This document shows, one piece after another, positions 30,234 through 40,637 of a DNA stretch of 64,000 bases; within the stretch, counting starts at the first letter, position 1; each line of letters begins with the position of its first letter. The stretch comes from a virus (taxonomy: Duplodnaviria > Caudoviricetes), in the IMG/VR virus record IMGVR_UViG_3300033061_001635, positions 111,134 through 175,133 of that record. One strand, 5' to 3'. The notes beneath the pieces are model-generated. The model saw only the letters and a list, made by a program, of their open reading frames with translations. It made no database searches and was not told the DNA's origin. A program made the position numbers and the translations under genes.

Positions 30234-32729
30234 TTATTGCTCCGGTATTAATTTAGGAACATCTTTACGAATTCCTGTGAAGCTCCAATAAAAGTTAAAC
30301 GGACCGCCACTCTTACTTCTATACCCCTTAATGATAAATTTATTATTTTTTAAATCTATTTTATCCACATAAAGCATTTTATGATGACCATAATTAGTTA
30401 ATTGAATACTAACATCTTCTTCATGAATTAAATACTTTAAATAATCTGGTAAAAGTATTTCACATATTCCATTCTTTAATTTGTCTTTTCCTGTGAGTCT
30501 TACTCCGTGATATGGACTTTCTAATGATCCATATTGTAAAGATGAATATTTTGAATCTGGATCTGGGTGTTGGATTTTAAAGTATTTTTCTTTTGCATAT
30601 ACTCCTTCAGCAAATGTTACATCTTTATTAGCTTCTATCTTAATTACAGACTGTCCATTATCTAAGGTATAGTATAAATTACTAGATCCTACTGTAGATG
30701 TTCCTGCTATGTCTTTATTCAGAATAAATTTTTTGTTATTATTAGTAACATTAACAGATATCCCATTAGTCAATACTGTTCCATTAGTAAATCCAGAAGC
30801 CCTAACGAATCGCACATTACCAAAAGAAGTACTAGGAATAGGCGTTTCTACTTTATATATGCCATTATAAACAGGATAATCAAAATTAGTAAATAATACC
30901 AAATCTCCTACAGATACATTAGCCTGAGTTTCCCAAATACTAATTAGAAACCCTGGTGTCCAGCTAGTATTAGACAGTATAGTAGTGGCCGGTAAAGAAA
31001 CACTGCTAATATGTTTTACTGTTTTATTGGCTGCGGTATCAACAATATTAATGCCACTAGAATTAATAGTCATATTAAAAGTATTTAAAAAACTATTATT
31101 AACCCTAATCACACCTTCCTTGACTAATAAATCATTAACTGTTATCTTTGAGGAAGTAATATTATTATGATTATATAAGTTATAGGAATAAGCATTTTGT
31201 ACAGTCAAGTCGCCGGATCCTAAAAGTGCCCAACCAGGCTTATATCCTGTGGGACTAAACGAATTAGAATAAATTCCATCGGCACCTCCTGGGCAATCAG
31301 CCGCTGTTGGTGCCCCATAAATATGATCATTACAACAGTACCAGTTTTCTGGAACAGATCCCATGGGACATTGTGTAGTAAAATTTAATAATGATGTATA
31401 ATATTGATTTTCAAATTTAACCACATCAGTTTTATTATAAAGAGCATTTTGATTCCATGCTGGTATATCATTCTTCCCTAATAATGTAATATCTTTAAAA
31501 TTATTTAATCCATTAGTATTTAATCCACTAGAGAATAATCCGCTACCATTAACATGAAGATTTGCTGTTGGAGATGTTGTTCCTATGCCAACATTTCCTT
31601 CTACAATCAAACCATTAGTTGGGGGAGTTAAATTATAGTTTGATCCTATAGATGCTCCACCGCTAATAGCAACTAAGCCGCTAGGGGCGGTAAATCCGAC
31701 TCCAAATGTCCCACCACCATTGCACACCCAACTACGATTAGCGCCGCCACCAGCAAGAGAGTTACTAAACTGATATCGTACAGCTGAATAATCAGTTGCA
31801 TAACCGAGAAAAATATTATTTGATTGAACACTTCCTCTAATAATAGTACTTCCAGCAACATCTAACTTGAATCCCGCTTGTGGAGAAGTACCAATACCAA
31901 CGTTACCTATATCATTCACTCGTAATCTTTCAACACCACTAGTGCTAACTGCGATAGTATTTGTTTCTGGACTAAATAATCCAGTATCAATGTCTCCAGT
32001 AAACTCAAAAGACGGATTGGCTGCACTACCAGATCCTGCTATAAAAAATCCTGTTGCTAAAACATCTCCGGCAACGTGAAGTTTACTAGACGGAGAACTT
32101 GTTCCAATACCAACATTACCATCAGATGTAATCCTCATTTTTTCGGTTAGTGATGGAGATGCTATTGTTCCATTATTTGTATAAAAAACTAAATTGCCTA
32201 GTGTTCCAACTCCACCGGCGGCTTCATTCCATGATCCATTTTTTAACATGCCAATTTTTGCACCAATTCTTTGTACTACTCCAACAGTTGTATTAAATGA
32301 ACACCCATCAAATCTAATACTATATTCAGTATTAGCATCATTTGCTCCATTGAATCCTGCAAATCCTCCATCAATATTTAATACTTCTAATGATCCTGTT
32401 GCTGATGGCGCTATGTATCTACCACTTCCAGCAACAGTAAGTTTGTACGTGCTAGGATTAGTTCCTATGCCAACATTAGTTCCATTATCATAAATTAAAC
32501 TATTAGTAACGCCCTGAGAACTATTAAACTTGGGCAAATATCCACTAGTTCCTGTTCCAGCCAAACCAACGTAGTTGAGTTCGCTCCAGGCTGTTGTTCC
32601 ATCTCCTATTTTTAATCTTAATGTATCAACCTCAAATGCTGGTTCGCCACTAGCTAGAATCTGAGCATTATTAGCAATCCACTGAGACAAAGTGCCTTTT
32701 CTAAATTGAATATTATTTTGTCTTGGCAT
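30234..32729 (-). CDS. Tail fibre with Mtd-N-like anchor and C-terminal chaperone-like domain
   Basis: IQFRKGT..W.....LASGEPAFE.DT..LKIGDG..AW..L.Y; GNVGIGT repeats; C-terminal KYFKIQHP...LQYGSLESP. Confidence 0.75.
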   Translation of the reverse strand: MPRQNNIQFRKGTLSQWIANNAQILASGEPAFEVDTLRLKIGDGTTAWSELNYVGLAGTGTSGYLPKFNSSQGVTNSLIYDNGTNVGIGTNPSTYKLTVAGSGRYIAPSATGSLEVLNIDGGFAGFNGANDANTEYSIRFDGCSFNTTVGVVQRIGAKIGMLKNGSWNEAAGGVGTLGNLVFYTNNGTIASPSLTEKMRITSDGNVGIGTSSPSSKLHVAGDVLATGFFIAGSGSAANPSFEFTGDIDTGLFSPETNTIAVSTSGVERLRVNDIGNVGIGTSPQAGFKLDVAGSTIIRGSVQSNNIFLGYATDYSAVRYQFSNSLAGGGANRSWVCNGGGTFGVGFTAPSGLVAISGGASIGSNYNLTPPTNGLIVEGNVGIGTTSPTANLHVNGSGLFSSGLNTNGLNNFKDITLLGKNDIPAWNQNALYNKTDVVKFENQYYTSLLNFTTQCPMGSVPENWYCCNDHIYGAPTAADCPGGADGIYSNSFSPTGYKPGWALLGSGDLTVQNAYSYNLYNHNNITSSKITVNDLLVKEGVIRVNNSFLNTFNMTINSSGINIVDTAANKTVKHISSVSLPATTILSNTSWTPGFLISIWETQANVSVGDLVLFTNFDYPVYNGIYKVETPIPSTSFGNVRFVRASGFTNGTVLTNGISVNVTNNNKKFILNKDIAGTSTVGSSNLYYTLDNGQSVIKIEANKDVTFAEGVYAKEKYFKIQHPDPDSKYSSLQYGSLESPYHGVRLTGKDKLKNGICEILLPDYLKYLIHEEDVSIQLTNYGHHKMLYVDKIDLKNNKFIIKGYRSKSGGPFNFYWSFTGIRKDVPKLIPEQ

Positions 32730-32803
32730 ATTTTAACCATATTATGAGTTATCCTATTATAGAATCTAATACTATAATATTGACTATATTAACTTTGTCC
32801 AGC

Positions 32804-35119
32804 CTATGGAGTGCCACCATCTATAATAAAGTTATGTAAATATGTTCCATTAATTCCATTCATTGGGATAATACCACTAATAGACGTTGATGAATATGTC
32901 GGAGAAGTATATCCGTTAAATGACATATTATATGTACCGCTTATATTCTTTAGTATTAAAATATCATCATTAGCATTATATTGTAATCCAGCATCAATAA
33001 ATGGACGCTGAGAAGACGATGATTGATCAGCAACTAAAACTATAGACACAAGAGGATCTGTAGAAGTAGTACCACTTATATAAATACCACTAGCAGAAGT
33101 TGCATTGGTTGCTGTATCAGCATTACCAATTAATGTTCCAGTAATACTACCAGCACCAAAGTTACCATTAGTATCTCTCAAAACTAGTGTATTGCCAGTA
33201 TTAAGTGATGTTCCCAAATCTGTTCTCATTTGGGCTAAAGTTCTACTAACTAACTGTTGAGAAGCTGCTGTTGGATCACTAACGAATACTGGAAAATAAC
33301 TACCAGTAGATGCTGTTGCTGCTACTTGCAGATTAATAGTTCCAGAAGATGTTAATCCGCCACTAAAAATAGGCGCAACTGTGAAGGTTTTGACTCCACT
33401 AATTGTTTGAACTCCTGACGTTCTAAGAACAGTAGCGTCAACACCAACAGAATCAGAGGCAACACTTATACCATCTCCTGCCCCAACATCAAATACTAAG
33501 TTGCCGCTTAGTGATCCGCCACCAGTTAAACCGTTTCCTGCTGTTAATGAAACACCAGAAGCTGCTTTGCTATTTAATTGATCTTTAATACTACTAGCAA
33601 CACCAGTTAAATGTGTTAATTCACTAGTTAGTACTCCAGTACTAAATAACATCTTGTTAGCATCAAATACAGCAACCCTATGCTCTGTCTGACTGGTAGC
33701 ATACAAATTTGTACCGCTAACATTGCCATTACTTACCAGTGAACCAACTTTAACTCTTCCAAATGTTCCCGCTCCATAGTCGTTATAGCCAATAGTTCCA
33801 GTAGTAGAACTTAAGAATATAAATTCACTACTTTGGTTATTCCAACCCATAAAACCAGTAGCAGCAGCAGATCCGTCCCAATATCTTAACTGTAACCCTC
33901 TATCTAAATTATCAGCGGCCGATATAACCCCTGTTCCTCCAAGAGTTAGTACAGGATCTTGAACTGTTATTGTAGTGCTATTTACCGTTGTAGTAACACC
34001 AGTAACGGTTAGATTAGCAACTGTTAAATTGCCTGTCACATTAACACTTGGAGCATAAATATTTAAAGTATTCTCACCAGTATTAGTATAAATATTTGTA
34101 GCATAAATATTACTACTTTTAACATCTGTTAATCCCGTAATAGAAGCATTAAGAGATATTGTTGGATTATTAGAAATGCCATCTCCATTAGCAACAGAGA
34201 TATTTGTACCTTGAGCTATTGATCTAGCAGAAAATGCCCCATTATTATTTGGTCCACTTGTGCGAACCATCAAACCACTGCCTGTGAAAGAATGTAATGT
34301 GGCTGCTTGACCAGACAAAGCAAGTTGTAGAATATTACTACTAAAGTCTGCTCTTAGTCCTGTACTAACAGTAAGAGCAGTATCAACACAACTTGCTACA
34401 CCACTACAAAAATTTGTAATATCACTATATACATGATTATGACCACTTAAACTAACAGGGAATAGATTAGTCCCTAAAGTTCCTCCTGTTGGACCAACAT
34501 AAGGAGTTTGAGCATAATATACTGCTCCACTATAAATAGTTGGATTACCAGAATATACTATCGGACCTTGAGCAAGTACTGCTGCCGCAACCCTTATGTC
34601 TATATTTCCTCCAATATACAGAGTGCCGCTAACACTAAGATCGTCAACACCAACAACCCCGGATCCAGCATCAATATTGATACCACTACTAGCTGCTATC
34701 CTGAAATTATTAACTCCAGTAATAGATGTTATTCCCGTAATAGAAGGATTTAAACCAAAAGTTGGATTGCCACCAAGACCACTAGGATTAGTAATAGAAA
34801 TATTATTATTTGTTGAAGATAATCCTCCAACAGAGAAAGTATTATTTCCAGTTTTGAATAACATACCACTATTAGTAGCGCCGAATGTTTCATTAATACT
34901 AATACCAACCTCTTGCCATGCTCTGCTACTATTAAGAAGATATACTTTATTAGTTTGCAAATCAGCAACAATCATACCAGTATAAGCTATTCCACTAGTA
35001 TCTGAATTTGTTAAATAACCGCTACGAGCTGCTGTGGTAGAAAAGACAAAAGAGCTATCAAGAGGAACTCCGAATTGTCTAGAAAACTGAAACGGAGCAT
35101 TAACATTGGAAGCTGGCAT
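32804..35119 (-). CDS. Tail fibre/structural protein
   Basis: 771 aa, G/T/S-rich; LTVTG.TTTVNSTT.TV.DP..TL motif; C-terminal IDGGTP. Confidence 0.7.
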   Translation of the reverse strand: MPASNVNAPFQFSRQFGVPLDSSFVFSTTAARSGYLTNSDTSGIAYTGMIVADLQTNKVYLLNSSRAWQEVGISINETFGATNSGMLFKTGNNTFSVGGLSSTNNNISITNPSGLGGNPTFGLNPSITGITSITGVNNFRIAASSGINIDAGSGVVGVDDLSVSGTLYIGGNIDIRVAAAVLAQGPIVYSGNPTIYSGAVYYAQTPYVGPTGGTLGTNLFPVSLSGHNHVYSDITNFCSGVASCVDTALTVSTGLRADFSSNILQLALSGQAATLHSFTGSGLMVRTSGPNNNGAFSARSIAQGTNISVANGDGISNNPTISLNASITGLTDVKSSNIYATNIYTNTGENTLNIYAPSVNVTGNLTVANLTVTGVTTTVNSTTITVQDPVLTLGGTGVISAADNLDRGLQLRYWDGSAAATGFMGWNNQSSEFIFLSSTTGTIGYNDYGAGTFGRVKVGSLVSNGNVSGTNLYATSQTEHRVAVFDANKMLFSTGVLTSELTHLTGVASSIKDQLNSKAASGVSLTAGNGLTGGGSLSGNLVFDVGAGDGISVASDSVGVDATVLRTSGVQTISGVKTFTVAPIFSGGLTSSGTINLQVAATASTGSYFPVFVSDPTAASQQLVSRTLAQMRTDLGTSLNTGNTLVLRDTNGNFGAGSITGTLIGNADTATNATSASGIYISGTTSTDPLVSIVLVADQSSSSQRPFIDAGLQYNANDDILILKNISGTYNMSFNGYTSPTYSSTSISGIIPMNGINGTYLHNFIIDGGTP

Positions 35120-35145
35120 ATTATATTCCTTAAATTATAAAGATA

Positions 35146-36606
35146 TTAGTTAAGAGTAATTTTGTGCGTTGATGAACCAACGAATGGACCATCTGGTATA
35201 AAACTATATACGTTATAGGTAACAGCAGCTGCCGAGTTAGCTCCTGCAACACTAACAGTTGTTAAAGGATACCCAGTAGTAATAAATGAATTTGATGTTT
35301 CGTCAAAAACAGTAATCGTATTTCCAAGACTATATAGGCCAACAGGAACGGCAACAATAACCCTTCTGGTGCCCGCTGGGGGCTCAACTCTAAAAATCGT
35401 ACCAGGACCATAGTTCAAAAAGGTTTTGCCAGACTCAAATGTGACAGTAACATCAGGTAAAGACCTAATATTTGCACTAGTAGTAGGTGCCGATGCTGTA
35501 GTATCATAGCTACAAAATAGTCTTCTAACTCCTGTGAAAGCAGCACTATTAGTGACAGTTCCACCAGCTGCCAGAACAGTTGTAGTAGCAGAATTAGCAC
35601 CTAGACTATTTATTGGAGTAATACCAGAAGCATGAGTAATAGTTGCAGAAGCTGTGTTTGGACCTTCTACCACAGCATAACTATTAACTGTATGGCTAGT
35701 TCCGACAGTATTAGTATTGCCGTTAAAAGTTCTACTATACGCAGTTGCTGCCCCAGCTCTTACCCCTTGATCTCCACCAGATCTCCAACCAGCCCCTAAT
35801 CCAGTACCAGCAACATAACCCTGATCCAAAGTAGAAGATATTGTGATATTTCCTGTTGTTCCAACTTCATATCTTCCGCTAGTCGTAAAAGACGACGATG
35901 ATCCAACAGGACTAACAGCACCACTAAGTCCCATAGTAACGCCGGGTACCCTGCCTACTGTTGGTTCGTATACTACTTCTAACATTTTTTTCAAGATATT
36001 TGTTATACCACTAGAGGTAGTAAATGATTCACCAATCGACAATCCTCCGATTGCAGATGTAACAGTAATACCGTCCGTTATATTTCTAATATTGATACCA
36101 GATGCTGTGACAATTCCACCATCAGGATTTAATGATATGGTACTAAGGTTATATCCACTAACAGTTATACCACTTGAAGTTGATGATAAAGTATTACTAG
36201 AAATACTAATACTACTATCTTGAAAATTTTCTAATTTTGCACTAAGACCTATAGTATAATAAGTACCACTAACACTAGTATCATTTAATAGTCCGCTAAG
36301 AGGAAGAGTCTGAAAGGTTATACCATCTTGTCCACCACTAATTCCAGTAATATAACTATATAATGTATAAGCATTATTTAAACTACTGAATCTAAAACCT
36401 ATACCTGTTGAAGATATTAAAGCACTACCACCAGCATAAGGTAAACCATCCCAATTACTTCCTGCAGTTAAGCCAAGACCAGTAGCACCAATCTTGAATT
36501 TACCAGTATCTAATTCAAAACCTATTTCACCAGGAGCCAACACTGTGTTTGGTAACCAATCTGCTGCAAGACCTCTTCTTAACTGAATTTTAGTATTACG
36601 AGCCAT
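35146..36606 (-). CDS. Fibre/adhesin with Mtd-N-like N-terminus
   Basis: IQLRRG.AA.W....VLA.GEIGFELDTGKFKIG. Confidence 0.65.
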   Translation of the reverse strand: MARNTKIQLRRGLAADWLPNTVLAPGEIGFELDTGKFKIGATGLGLTAGSNWDGLPYAGGSALISSTGIGFRFSSLNNAYTLYSYITGISGGQDGITFQTLPLSGLLNDTSVSGTYYTIGLSAKLENFQDSSISISSNTLSSTSSGITVSGYNLSTISLNPDGGIVTASGINIRNITDGITVTSAIGGLSIGESFTTSSGITNILKKMLEVVYEPTVGRVPGVTMGLSGAVSPVGSSSSFTTSGRYEVGTTGNITISSTLDQGYVAGTGLGAGWRSGGDQGVRAGAATAYSRTFNGNTNTVGTSHTVNSYAVVEGPNTASATITHASGITPINSLGANSATTTVLAAGGTVTNSAAFTGVRRLFCSYDTTASAPTTSANIRSLPDVTVTFESGKTFLNYGPGTIFRVEPPAGTRRVIVAVPVGLYSLGNTITVFDETSNSFITTGYPLTTVSVAGANSAAAVTYNVYSFIPDGPFVGSSTHKITLN

Positions 36607-36641
36607 TTTGTATTCTCCCGGTATATTGTTATATTATTTAA

Positions 36642-36992
36642 TTAAGGCATTCCGCAATCAAACTGATACTGATCTAAATACCCACTCAATCCAACATTAT
36701 TAATACCCCAAAGAAGATCATCAACATGAACACTAGCATTATCTCCCAAAAAATCAGTTATGTACTGATCCAAGCCATCAATTCTACTAACATCTAATGT
36801 TCCACTAATTTTACTAAAAGGAATATTATCTGGCAAATCACTCCAAAGAATTTTTTCAGTATTTACAATTTCCAAATTAAAAGAGTCATATCGTTCAACT
36901 TCTATAATGTCTGTAACAGTATCCAAAAACATAGTTTCAATTTCAATAATATGATTTGTTGGTTCTGTAATTTCAATTATATAATTGCTCAT
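36642..36992 (-). CDS. Hypothetical acidic structural protein
   Basis: ~116 aa (likely start MSNYII), coupled to the upstream ORF. Confidence 0.55.
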   Translation of the reverse strand: MSNYIIEITEPTNHIIEIETMFLDTVTDIIEVERYDSFNLEIVNTEKILWSDLPDNIPFSKISGTLDVSRIDGLDQYITDFLGDNASVHVDDLLWGINNVGLSGYLDQYQFDCGMP

Positions 36993-37390
36993 ACAGAACA
37001 CTCCAAAGGATCATTAGATTGACTAAATCGCTTAACTATGTTTAATGTTCCAAATAATATTCTAGTAGTATATTTACCTCCTCCGCTATATAACTCATCT
37101 GGACTTTGCAATTCTAAATCATATTTAGCTGAATTAAAATTAAAAGAATTAGTATATAAAGCAGAAAACATTAATGTTATTTTACCACTAGAACCATTTA
37201 TGCTAAAACTATATACACCATCCGTATTGTCAGTTGAAAAAATATATGACAATCCAGTATTGGTCTTCCAAGTTAATCTAGCACACCAATTAGTCAAGTC
37301 TACTGGAATACCATTAGCATCTTTATAAATTAAACTAATTTTAAAAGAGGTGCCTTGTTCTATAGCAAAATCATATTTACTAGCTGCCAT
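36989..37390 (-). CDS. BppU-N-like virion protein
   Basis: 133 aa; IEQG.SF...L.YKD..G.PVDLT...G.ITL...YDLEL...RIL.G. Confidence 0.6.
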   Translation of the reverse strand: MAASKYDFAIEQGTSFKISLIYKDANGIPVDLTNWCARLTWKTNTGLSYIFSTDNTDGVYSFSINGSSGKITLMFSALYTNSFNFNSAKYDLELQSPDELYSGGGKYTTRILFGTLNIVKRFSQSNDPLECSV

Positions 37391-37444
37391 AGCTTATTGC
37401 CCCATTATAATAATGTAAAGAATATATAAACTTATACACCTAAT

Positions 37445-37475
37445 AAAAAAGGCCAGCCTTTTAGGCTAGCCTTTA
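37445..37475 (-). terminator. Intrinsic terminator after the major capsid gene
   Basis: AAAGGC(C/T)AGCCT-TTT-AGGCT(A/G)GCCTTT hairpin followed by a T-run on the minus strand. Confidence 0.8.
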
Positions 37476-37509
37476 ATATTTCTAATTTTAATAAATTAAA
37501 ATAAAGATA

Positions 37510-38532
37510 TTATAGAGCACCAATTAGAACTCTACGATTGTCAAGAACAGCAAAGCCAAGTTCTGCCCAACCATAGAATCCGGCTCTCTTTTGACGATGT
37601 AGTGTTTCGTCTTCGAAGATTTGAACTTCTTGACGAATTGGCATTATGAAACTATCTCTCTTGCGTTGATCTAAACCAACTACAATCTCAGTCTTGCCGC
37701 CTCCTGGCATTGAAGCACCTAGTCCACCTGTGGCTGAACTATAGAATAGTTGATACTGTTGACCAACACCAAGCTCATCTAGATCATGAAGGTTAACGCC
37801 GAATACTCTGTTGATAGAACCATCACCAGCAGTATAAATTTCTCTGCGAGTAACTTCATCAACTTGGTCAATACCCCAATTGCGGATATCTTCCATAGCT
37901 TCTGGACTAACATAAAGATCAGTTAATAAGCCTCTGTTGTTTGATGTGCTGTTACCGCCGCCATTACGACGCATAACAGTTTTCATAAGACTTACTAAAC
38001 GCTTGGTGAACTGACTGCTGTTAGCATCGCTATCGTATACAACAATATTACGATCAACACCAGCAGCAAGTAGTGTATGCCAACCATCATCGTTCATCTT
38101 CTTAACAAAAGAAGCTTCTAAGACTTCCATAGCACGACCAACAACGTCCCAACGGGCGTCACGAGCATACTTTAGAAGATAATCGATACTAGCACCAACA
38201 TCATAGGTTGGAACCATGACGTAATCGCCTTCAACATGGCGTTCTGGAATATAACCATGATTAGGAATTGTATAGGCAACAAAGTCTTTCTCTGTGCCAG
38301 GAGCTAAGAAATCGAGTGGGAATTCTGGAGTAGCACTTTGAGCTAATTGAATTGGCTCGAAGATACCATCAAGAACATCCCCACTAAGGATACCTTTACG
38401 AAGAGGAAGCTCAAGAGCTTTTGCAAATTCTGCATTAGCAGCAAGAGCGGTCTCTCTATTAGCCGAACCAGAACGCATTAGAAGATCTGTTAATTCTGGT
38501 GTTGGCTGAAATCTTTCGGTTTTGGCTGACAT
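37510..38532 (-). CDS. Major capsid protein (HK97-like)
   Basis: 340 aa, strong RBS; follows portal, protease and decoration genes and is followed by a terminator; C-terminal GFYGWAELGFAVLD. Confidence 0.85.
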   Translation of the reverse strand: MSAKTERFQPTPELTDLLMRSGSANRETALAANAEFAKALELPLRKGILSGDVLDGIFEPIQLAQSATPEFPLDFLAPGTEKDFVAYTIPNHGYIPERHVEGDYVMVPTYDVGASIDYLLKYARDARWDVVGRAMEVLEASFVKKMNDDGWHTLLAAGVDRNIVVYDSDANSSQFTKRLVSLMKTVMRRNGGGNSTSNNRGLLTDLYVSPEAMEDIRNWGIDQVDEVTRREIYTAGDGSINRVFGVNLHDLDELGVGQQYQLFYSSATGGLGASMPGGGKTEIVVGLDQRKRDSFIMPIRQEVQIFEDETLHRQKRAGFYGWAELGFAVLDNRRVLIGAL

Positions 38533-38562
38533 GTGTTTTTCTCCCTTTATTTAAAAAATGAA

Positions 38563-39018
38563 TTATAGGTTAACTGATACTTTGGCATAACCGTCGGCGT
38601 CTTTGGCACTTAGGAACTGGCCAATCTTAACAGCGTTAGTTGAGCTTGTTCCAATTAAACCACTGACACCAACATAAGCATCAGCACCAGCAGATGGCGT
38701 TGTGCTCGCAACTAGCATATTTGTTGTTACTTGACCTTGACGAAGGAGGGTGACTTTACCACCAACCTGTGTCTCGTCTTTGTGCCAATTGATGTGTTGT
38801 CTTGTTAGATCAAGATTAACAACATCATTTAATAGAACGCCTACCGGCTTACCGGAAACAGAAGCGCCATATTCTACTACAGCATTGCCATCATCCATCG
38901 AGACGCCAACACCGCTGGTAGCTGTTACAACACTAACAACACCACCTCTCTCTGCTGTTGATGTCATGAAGAATGAGACGTCAGTTAAAAGTTCGATACG
39001 ATCTGGTTTTAGAGCCAT
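38563..39018 (-). CDS. Head decoration/cement protein
   Basis: 151 aa, G/V-rich, directly upstream of the MCP. Confidence 0.65.
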   Translation of the reverse strand: MALKPDRIELLTDVSFFMTSTAERGGVVSVVTATSGVGVSMDDGNAVVEYGASVSGKPVGVLLNDVVNLDLTRQHINWHKDETQVGGKVTLLRQGQVTTNMLVASTTPSAGADAYVGVSGLIGTSSTNAVKIGQFLSAKDADGYAKVSVNL

Positions 39019-39044
39019 TGTAATTTCTCCGTATTAATTGGTGA

Positions 39045-40616
39045 TTACTTATTGTTTTTTTTACCTAGTTTACTACTTACAAATTCGATCAAAGCTGCTC
39101 TAGTTGTTTCTAGTGCAGATACTACATCGTCGCTACCAACCCCCAAATTTACACTAGCTTCAACTTCGGCTGTTTCTAGGACCGATGGATCTGCTTCAAC
39201 TGAAGTTTGTTCTGATGCTGTTTTACGCATCATCATAGCCTTATCTTCTTTTTTGTCTTCTTTATCTTGTTCTTCATCTTGCTTTTTAATCTTTTCTAAC
39301 CAAGGTGGCATTTTTCCAGCAAAAAGAGAAGTCATAGCTTGAAAAGCCTCATCATCCAAACTTTCGAATTTGTCAACTGTTGCCTCGGCTGATTCATTAT
39401 CAATACCAGCCTCAATTAAAGTAGCCATTCTCTTCATCTTTTTTTCTTTCTTCATCATAGCTTCTTCTTTAGCAACATATTCTGCGATAGTGGTAAGAGC
39501 AGCTTCTAATTCACTCTTGGCTTTCTTCATCATCTCTTCTTCTTTTTTCATTTGTTCTTCGGTCTTTTTAGCTGCTTCTGATTTGATTTGTTCAATTTCA
39601 GCTTTTAGTGTTTCATTGGCAACAGTTAACTCTTCAATTTTTGATGTTAATTCTGCAGCATTAACTTCTGCAACTTGAACAACTTCTGTTTGTTCAACTT
39701 GTTCTGCTGCAACTTCTGCAACCACTGGCACTTCTTTATTTTCCGTATTAATTTCTGTATTAGCTGAACTCATAATTAAAGTCTCCGATTGTATATTGGA
39801 TTGAATATTTAATACACCTGAATTGACAATTTCTTGATTTTTTTCTTTATTATTATCATTTATGGCAAGATTATTATTTGGAGATATTAGATTTTTAGAA
39901 AATATAATACTATCTTCATTGGCTGGTTTATTTACAAATCCTTTGCCACTAAATGTTATATTTCTTAAAACTCTACCAATTTTATAGTCTTGATGTTCAC
40001 CGATTCCACCATAGGATCGTAAAAATTTTGTTAAATATGCTGTTTCAGAATTACGTCCTAATATTTTATATTCTCCGGTATTCTTATTTAATAATCCATA
40101 ATCGAATCCTTTAAAAAAACATTCCATACTAACATATTTTGTGCCGTCTTCTATTTCTGATATTAGTTTTAAAGATCGTTCTCTCAGATCTTCACCACTA
40201 AAACCTTTATAAATAACTGATCCTGTTAAAATATGATATTTTTCTGGAAGATTTTCTACAGGAGTATTTTCATCTATTAATATTCCGTCTTCTGTGATTG
40301 GCCAATTCGAAACAATATGGCCGATAATACTATGTTCATCGTGTTCTAAATTTGTTGGTTTGTGTTCAGGAGTATTTTTAGCATTCCATACTTCTACTTT
40401 ATCAAAGATATCATCATTTTTGTTCCATGAAGATGATACTAAAATAGATTGAACATAATATAGATCTTCGTCATCAAAAGAAGCTATGCTTTTTAAGTAT
40501 TTTGAGTCTTTTTTATTGCCGACATATGGCTCAACAACACAAGCATATGATATTGATGCTGAACTTTTTAGAATTTCTTCTAATCCATCATTTTTTTCTT
40601 GATCATATATTTTCAT
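39045..40616 (-). CDS. Prohead protease fused to a coiled-coil scaffold
   Basis: NKNDD.F, PTNLEH...IIGHI and VSMEC (His/Ser motifs of phage maturation proteases); E/K/A-rich C-terminal half. Confidence 0.75.
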   Translation of the reverse strand: MKIYDQEKNDGLEEILKSSASISYACVVEPYVGNKKDSKYLKSIASFDDEDLYYVQSILVSSSWNKNDDIFDKVEVWNAKNTPEHKPTNLEHDEHSIIGHIVSNWPITEDGILIDENTPVENLPEKYHILTGSVIYKGFSGEDLRERSLKLISEIEDGTKYVSMECFFKGFDYGLLNKNTGEYKILGRNSETAYLTKFLRSYGGIGEHQDYKIGRVLRNITFSGKGFVNKPANEDSIIFSKNLISPNNNLAINDNNKEKNQEIVNSGVLNIQSNIQSETLIMSSANTEINTENKEVPVVAEVAAEQVEQTEVVQVAEVNAAELTSKIEELTVANETLKAEIEQIKSEAAKKTEEQMKKEEEMMKKAKSELEAALTTIAEYVAKEEAMMKKEKKMKRMATLIEAGIDNESAEATVDKFESLDDEAFQAMTSLFAGKMPPWLEKIKKQDEEQDKEDKKEDKAMMMRKTASEQTSVEADPSVLETAEVEASVNLGVGSDDVVSALETTRAALIEFVSSKLGKKNNK

Positions 40617-40637
40617 ATTATTTAACCTTTATTTTGG

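Noticed and set aside
24700-31910. Diversity-generating retroelement template/variable repeat pair
   Set aside because: Both copies are inside coding fibres, differences are not adenine-specific, and no reverse transcriptase is present; only the Mtd-like N-terminal anchor is shared
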